Assembly: GCA_028690215.1 (NCBI GenBank)
Contig: JAQVBQ010000007.1
Span: 13,232 to 77,231 of the forward strand
Source of the DNA: Bacteroidales bacterium
Lineage (GTDB): Bacteria > Bacteroidota > Bacteroidia > Bacteroidales > UBA932
Reading direction: 5' to 3'
Length of the DNA stretch: 64,000 bases
This document shows positions 59,228 to 64,000 of the stretch, piece by piece. The position numbers and the translations under genes were made by a program. Numbering within the stretch: the stretch's first letter is position 1; every line of letters begins with the position of its first letter. A model generated the notes under the pieces. The model searched no databases. It was not told the origin of the DNA and saw only the letters and a list, made by a program, of their open reading frames with translations.

Positions 59228-60997
59228 TCAGTTTTTGTATATTTCGTTGATTAGAGAGCTGTATTTGGCATGAATCTTATTTCTTTTAAGCTTGAGAGTA
59301 GGAGATAACATGTCGTTAAGCGGGGTCCACTCATCATTAATAAGTTTTATCCTTTTAATCTGCTCGTGAGCTGCAAGCTTCTGATTGACCAATTCAATCT
59401 CTCTGTTGATCTTTTTCTGTACTTCAGGGTTTTTGATAAGGTCATCGTTGTCTTCAAATTGAATTTTATGTTTGGCTGCCCAATAATGAAGACGACTAAA
59501 AGCAGGGATAATGATTGCTGAGGCGAACTTTTGATTCTCTCCCACAACCATACAGTTTTCTATATATGAGGACTCCTTCATCATAGTCTCTATGACTTGT
59601 GGAGCAACATATTTTCCTGCAGAGAGCTTGAATATCTCTTTCTTCCTGTCGGTGATTTTCAAGAATATTCCGTCAACGATAGTACCTATATCTCCAGTAT
59701 GGAAAAATCCCTCTTCATCTATTACGCTCTTTGTGTATTCGGGGTCTTTATAGTATCCTAACATAACATGAGGACCTCTGGTAAGAATCTCACCATCTTC
59801 AACAATCTTCAAATCAGTTCCTACAGTCGCTTTTCCTACCGTACCTATTTTGATAATCATCTCTTTAGGGTTGTTTACAGCTATAATAGGAGAGGTCTCT
59901 GTCATTCCGTAACCCTCGAAAATATACATCTTGGCAGCAGTAAAAAGTCTGACGATCTTAGCCTGGATTGCAGATCCTCCGGAAACAACCAGCATCTCCT
60001 TACCACCTAATTTCTCACGCCATTTACTATATACCAATTTGTCTGCAAGACCGTACATGGCTTTATAAAGGATCCCTTTCTTTGTATAGTCGTACTTATT
60101 TGCAATACCGAATGCCCAACTGTAGATAATTTTCTTTATTCCTTTAAGGTCTTTGCCGGCAGCCTCAAATTTATTGTACATCATCTCAAGAACCCTAGGT
60201 ACGGCACAGAAACCGTCTGCATGACAATCCGCAAGATCTGCTGCTATAGTAGCTAAACTCTCTGCATAATAAGTACTTATGCCGAGATATTGATAGTCAT
60301 AGATCATGCTTCTTTCATATATGTGACATAGTGGTAAAAAGCTAAGCATCTTATGGTTATGATCCCTTATCTGCTGTACTGCTGAACCTATGAAGGTAAA
60401 TACAAGGTTTTTGTGTGAAAGCATTACTCCTTTTGGAGTGCCAGTAGTACCTGATGTATAGATAATTGTGACGAGATCATTTTCGTCAATTGTGCGTTTA
60501 TTCTCTTCAATTACCGGGGCAAACTCTTTCTCCTTCTCTTTACCAAGAGCAAAAAGTTCAGAAAGGTTTCTAACGCCGGAAATTTCATCCATAGTAAAGA
60601 TCATCGGAGGGTTCTCCATCTTTGCTACGATAGGATGTATCTTTTTATAAATAGACTCACCTCCGACGAAGATTATCTTTGCATCGCTGTGTTTGAAAAT
60701 ATGCTTATAGTCTTCAGTACCCAGGGTTGAGTATACAGGCACGTGAACAAGGTGAGCTAAGGAGAGTCCCATGTCGATAAAGTTCCACTCCTCTCTGTTG
60801 TTGCAGATAGTGATTACTTTGTCAAATTTTTCTAATCCCATTGCCAGAAATGCATATGCCAATGTATGCGATTTCTCTTTATACTCTGCAGACGAGACCT
60901 TGATCCACTTCCCGTTGTGCTTTCTGCTTAGGATGTCATCTTTTGGATAGAGCTGAACAAGTCTTTCCAGAAGATCAAATGTGCGTGTGACATTCAT
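59228..60997 (-). CDS. Long-chain fatty acid-CoA ligase
   Basis: YTSGTTGTPKGVMLSH, SFLPLCH, EGYGMTE, FHTGDIG and ITDRKK. Confidence 0.92.
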   Translation of the reverse strand: MNVTRTFDLLERLVQLYPKDDILSRKHNGKWIKVSSAEYKEKSHTLAYAFLAMGLEKFDKVITICNNREEWNFIDMGLSLAHLVHVPVYSTLGTEDYKHIFKHSDAKIIFVGGESIYKKIHPIVAKMENPPMIFTMDEISGVRNLSELFALGKEKEKEFAPVIEENKRTIDENDLVTIIYTSGTTGTPKGVMLSHKNLVFTFIGSAVQQIRDHNHKMLSFLPLCHIYERSMIYDYQYLGISTYYAESLATIAADLADCHADGFCAVPRVLEMMYNKFEAAGKDLKGIKKIIYSWAFGIANKYDYTKKGILYKAMYGLADKLVYSKWREKLGGKEMLVVSGGSAIQAKIVRLFTAAKMYIFEGYGMTETSPIIAVNNPKEMIIKIGTVGKATVGTDLKIVEDGEILTRGPHVMLGYYKDPEYTKSVIDEEGFFHTGDIGTIVDGIFLKITDRKKEIFKLSAGKYVAPQVIETMMKESSYIENCMVVGENQKFASAIIIPAFSRLHYWAAKHKIQFEDNDDLIKNPEVQKKINREIELVNQKLAAHEQIKRIKLINDEWTPLNDMLSPTLKLKRNKIHAKYSSLINEIYKN

Positions 60998-61001
60998 AGG
61001 T

Positions 61002-62039
61002 TTAAATTTTATTTATTGTTACTATTCTAATAATATCATTTACAAAGGTGTCTATGTCCTCCTTGGTTGTGTTGAATGAGCACATCCAGCGAACCTCGTT
61101 GGTTATTTCGTCCCATACATAAAATAGATGCTTCTTTAGCAATTCATTACACAAGTATTGAGGTATAATTGCAAAAACGGCATTTGTCTCAACAGGGCGG
61201 CTAATCTCTATTTCACTTATCTCTTTAAGCCTTGATTCCAGATACTTAGCCATATTGTTTGAGTGAGATGCGAGCCTAATGTTCAGTCCATCTTTGAGAT
61301 AGGCAATAAACTGAGCTGCAATAAAACGGTTTTTTGAATAGAGCTGTGTGTTCTGTTTTCTTATGTATAAAAAATCTTCCGAAAGTTGCTTCTTAAAAAA
61401 GACTACTGCCTCTCCAATTAAAAGGCCATTCTTAGTTCCTCCGAAAGAGAGGGCATCAACTCCCGCATCTGCAGTGAAACTTTTTATTGGGAGGCCGAGA
61501 GCAGCAGATGCATTAGAAATCCTTGAACCGTCTACATGCAGATAGCAGTTATATTCATGCATTAGATCTGCAAGTTCTTTTATCTCCTGAGGGGTGTAAA
61601 GTGTTCCTAATTCTGTCGGTTGTGATATTGAGAGTACCTTGACTTGGGAATGGTGTTGAAAACCAAAATTCTTCAACTCCTTTTTTACCTCATCCGGAGT
61701 TACTTTGCCGTCTTTTGAGGTTAATGGTATAAGTTTACAACCGGTTGCTTTTTCGGGTGCGCCGCACTCATCAACATTTATATGTGCTGTTTCAGGACAG
61801 AGTATAGAATTGTGAGTTTTTGTCAGCGCCTTCAGAGCAACGACATTTGCACCGGTCCCATTAAAAACAAAAAAAGATTCGGTGTTTTCACCTAAAATCT
61901 TTTTAAACAGAGTAATGGCTTGTTTTGTGGTCTCATCTTCTCCGTAAGCCTCAGAGAAATCTTTGTTGGCATTTATAATTGCATCCATAATCTCAGGAGC
62001 TGCTCCTGAATGATTATCACTTCCAAAACTGTGTAACAT
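61002..62039 (-). CDS. Low-specificity L-threonine aldolase
   Basis: FGSDN, NGTGAN, HINVDECGAP, HVDGSR and SFGGTKNG (PLP Lys). Confidence 0.9.
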   Translation of the reverse strand: MLHSFGSDNHSGAAPEIMDAIINANKDFSEAYGEDETTKQAITLFKKILGENTESFFVFNGTGANVVALKALTKTHNSILCPETAHINVDECGAPEKATGCKLIPLTSKDGKVTPDEVKKELKNFGFQHHSQVKVLSISQPTELGTLYTPQEIKELADLMHEYNCYLHVDGSRISNASAALGLPIKSFTADAGVDALSFGGTKNGLLIGEAVVFFKKQLSEDFLYIRKQNTQLYSKNRFIAAQFIAYLKDGLNIRLASHSNNMAKYLESRLKEISEIEISRPVETNAVFAIIPQYLCNELLKKHLFYVWDEITNEVRWMCSFNTTKEDIDTFVNDIIRIVTINKI

Positions 62040-62085
62040 TATCTCCTCTGTGTCAAAGCTTACATTTTTATGGTGTAAATATAAT

Positions 62086-62117
62086 AAAAAAACCCGCAGG
62101 GAAATTAACTGCGGGTT
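62086..62117 (-). terminator. Intrinsic terminator after gcvH
   Basis: AACCCGCAG...CTGCGGGTT stem with a T-tract on the minus strand. Confidence 0.8.
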
Positions 62118-62138
62118 GGTATTCTTGATTAAAAAGGA

Positions 62139-62513
62139 TTACAAAATTGCCTTATATGCATCTGCGTCAAGAAGAGCGTCTATTTCTGAAGGGTTAGAGA
62201 TCTCTATTTTAACCATCCAGCCCTCTCCGTAAGGATCAGTATTGACAGATTCTGGTGCGTTTTCGAGATTAGGGTTTACTTCGACTATCTTGCCGGATAT
62301 TGGCATAAGTGCATCTGCCACAGTCTTAACTGCCTCAATGGCTCCAAAGACTTCTCCTGAAGAAAGAGTTTCACCTTCAGTCTGGATGTCTACGAAGACG
62401 ATATCTCCCAACTGACCTTGAGCGAAGTCAGTGATACCTACTATTGCAATGTTGCCTTCAACTTTAACCCACTCGTGGTCGTTGCTGTACTTTAGATTTG
62501 CAGGAATATTCAT
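62139..62513 (-). CDS. gcvH: Glycine cleavage system H protein
   Basis: HEWV, GITDFAQ.QLGD, EAVK (lipoyl Lys) and DPYGEGW. Confidence 0.96.
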   Translation of the reverse strand: MNIPANLKYSNDHEWVKVEGNIAIVGITDFAQGQLGDIVFVDIQTEGETLSSGEVFGAIEAVKTVADALMPISGKIVEVNPNLENAPESVNTDPYGEGWMVKIEISNPSEIDALLDADAYKAIL

Positions 62514-62564
62514 GATTGTGTCTAAAAGTTTAAATATTTTGGCAAATGTACTAAAAAAAACAGA

Positions 62565-63155
62565 TTACAGTCTTTTTAATGCCTCTTTAATTAAAGTCTC
62601 GAGTTTATTATCAGGTTTTTCTTTCAAAATAGAATCAATAACCTTCTCTACATTAGGTTTTGAGAAGCCAAGCAGGATGAGTGCGCTTGAAGCCTCCTCC
62701 CTGATTTGTGAGCTTGCGCTGAGAACGAATGTCCCGGACTGTCCTGCCGGTGCTCCCTTGACAATCTTGTCTTTAAGATCAATGATAATACGCTGAGCAG
62801 TCTTCAGTCCGATTCCTTTCACACCTTTAATCCTATTGATGTCCCCCCCGATAATTGCGTTTCTGAGCTCTTCTGTTGTGAGTGACGATAGCATCATCCT
62901 TGCTGTATTGGGGCCGACTCCGTTTACATCAATCAGCAGAGTGAAAAGATATCTCTCCTCTTTATCAGAAAAACCGTAAAGTAACTCAGAGTCTTCCCTG
63001 AGGTGGTGATACAGGAATAATTTAGCATCGGTACCCGGAGATAAGTGAGAATATGTCTGTAGGGAAATCAGGATGCGGTATCCGATATTGCTGTTTTCCA
63101 GAACGGTCTCTGTAGGATTCAGCTCTACAATAGTGCCCTTGATATAGTCGTACAT
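62565..63155 (-). CDS. ruvA: Holliday junction DNA-binding protein RuvA
   Basis: LYGF, VNGVGP, VKGIGLKTAQRII.DLK and EASSALILLGF. Confidence 0.96.
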   Translation of the reverse strand: MYDYIKGTIVELNPTETVLENSNIGYRILISLQTYSHLSPGTDAKLFLYHHLREDSELLYGFSDKEERYLFTLLIDVNGVGPNTARMMLSSLTTEELRNAIIGGDINRIKGVKGIGLKTAQRIIIDLKDKIVKGAPAGQSGTFVLSASSQIREEASSALILLGFSKPNVEKVIDSILKEKPDNKLETLIKEALKRL

Positions 63156-63245
63156 TCTCTTTTAAAATAAACAATTATGACAAAAATATGTTTTTTAAAA
63201 GAGATATCGAAACATTGTTTACTATTTTTGCAACAAAAGAGAGAT

Positions 63246-64000
63246 ATGGAGTTGATAAAAGATATTACAGAAGTAAGGAGTCTTTTTCCGGCACTTAGTC
63301 AAAGTGTAAACGGTAAGCCGCTTGTATATTTTGACAACGGGGCAACAGCCCAGAAACCGGATTGTGTCATAGAGCTGGTGAATAAGATGAATTCGGGTAT
63401 TAACGGCAATATTCACAGAGCCGTTCATGAACTGAGTGCTCGTACAACTGAGCTTTATGAAGCTTCAAGAGAGAGTATAAGATGTTTTATCAACGCAGGC
63501 TCAAGAGAGGAGGTGGTCTTCACATCGGGGACAACAGCCTCTATAAATCTGGTAGCAAACTCATTTTCGCAAACTTTTCTAAAAAAAGGTGACGCAGTGC
63601 TTCTGACCGAGGGAGAACACCACTCCAATATTGTCCCCTGGCAAATGGCCTGTGAACGTCACGGAGCCAAGCTCAGAGTGCTTCCTGTTGACGAAAACGG
63701 GTGCTGGAAGATGGAATTTCTCGAGTCTCTGCTTGCTGATGGAAAAGTTAAAATTGCCTCAGTTTCACATATTTCGAATGTTCTGGGTGTAGTAAATCCT
63801 GTAGAGGAGCTTATTGAAGCCTGTCATAGGTTTAACATTCCGGTGCTGATTGATGGGGCACAAGGAATCATTCATTCAAGTGTTGATGTTAAAAAGCTTG
63901 ATTGTGAGTTTTATGTATTCTCCGGTCATAAGCTTTACGGCCCGACAGGAATTGGTGTGCTTTACGGCAAAAAGGAGTATTTACAAAAAATGGTTCCCTG
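63246..64000 (+). CDS. sufS: SufS-family cysteine desulfurase, N-terminal part (runs off the window end)
   Basis: MELIKDITEVRSLFPALSQSVNGKPLVYFDNGATAQKP, NIHRAVH, EHHSNIVPW and FSGHKLYGPTGIG. -7 element TATTTTTG at 63223-63230. Not in the ORF track. Confidence 0.92.
   Translation, partial: MELIKDITEVRSLFPALSQSVNGKPLVYFDNGATAQKPDCVIELVNKMNSGINGNIHRAVHELSARTTELYEASRESIRCFINAGSREEVVFTSGTTASINLVANSFSQTFLKKGDAVLLTEGEHHSNIVPWQMACERHGAKLRVLPVDENGCWKMEFLESLLADGKVKIASVSHISNVLGVVNPVEELIEACHRFNIPVLIDGAQGIIHSSVDVKKLDCEFYVFSGHKLYGPTGIGVLYGKKEYLQKMVP

Overview
Core-chromosome segment of a Bacteroidales-type bacterium. The assignment rests on TAnnTTTG promoters, Gln-rule signal peptides and the conserved coaX-OMP-TPR-lptC-CNNM-ppiD block. 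It holds about 48 CDS and one tRNA-Ala(GGC); no transposase, integrase, prophage or CRISPR array was found. The main non-coding signal is that the window appears to span the replication origin. An AT-rich mfd/ruvB intergenic region (41764-42201) is packed with DnaA-box-like 9-mers and ends in a box-box-GC-trio motif. A second DnaA-box cluster lies beside the tRNA (~54100-54190). Two identical parS-like sites (57703, 58281) follow, one inside an unusually long mnmG. The main accessory-looking module is three paralogous beta-propeller lipoproteins coupled to TolC, an adaptor and two RND subunits with asymmetric proton-relay residues (4169-16878). Smaller oddities include a signal-peptide SOD with a possible second start, frdAB without a cytochrome b gene, candidate leaderless mutS and rsmA, a possible leader-peptide ORF, and ruvA-gcvH without sprA between them. 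All calls come from reading the sequence; no searches were run.
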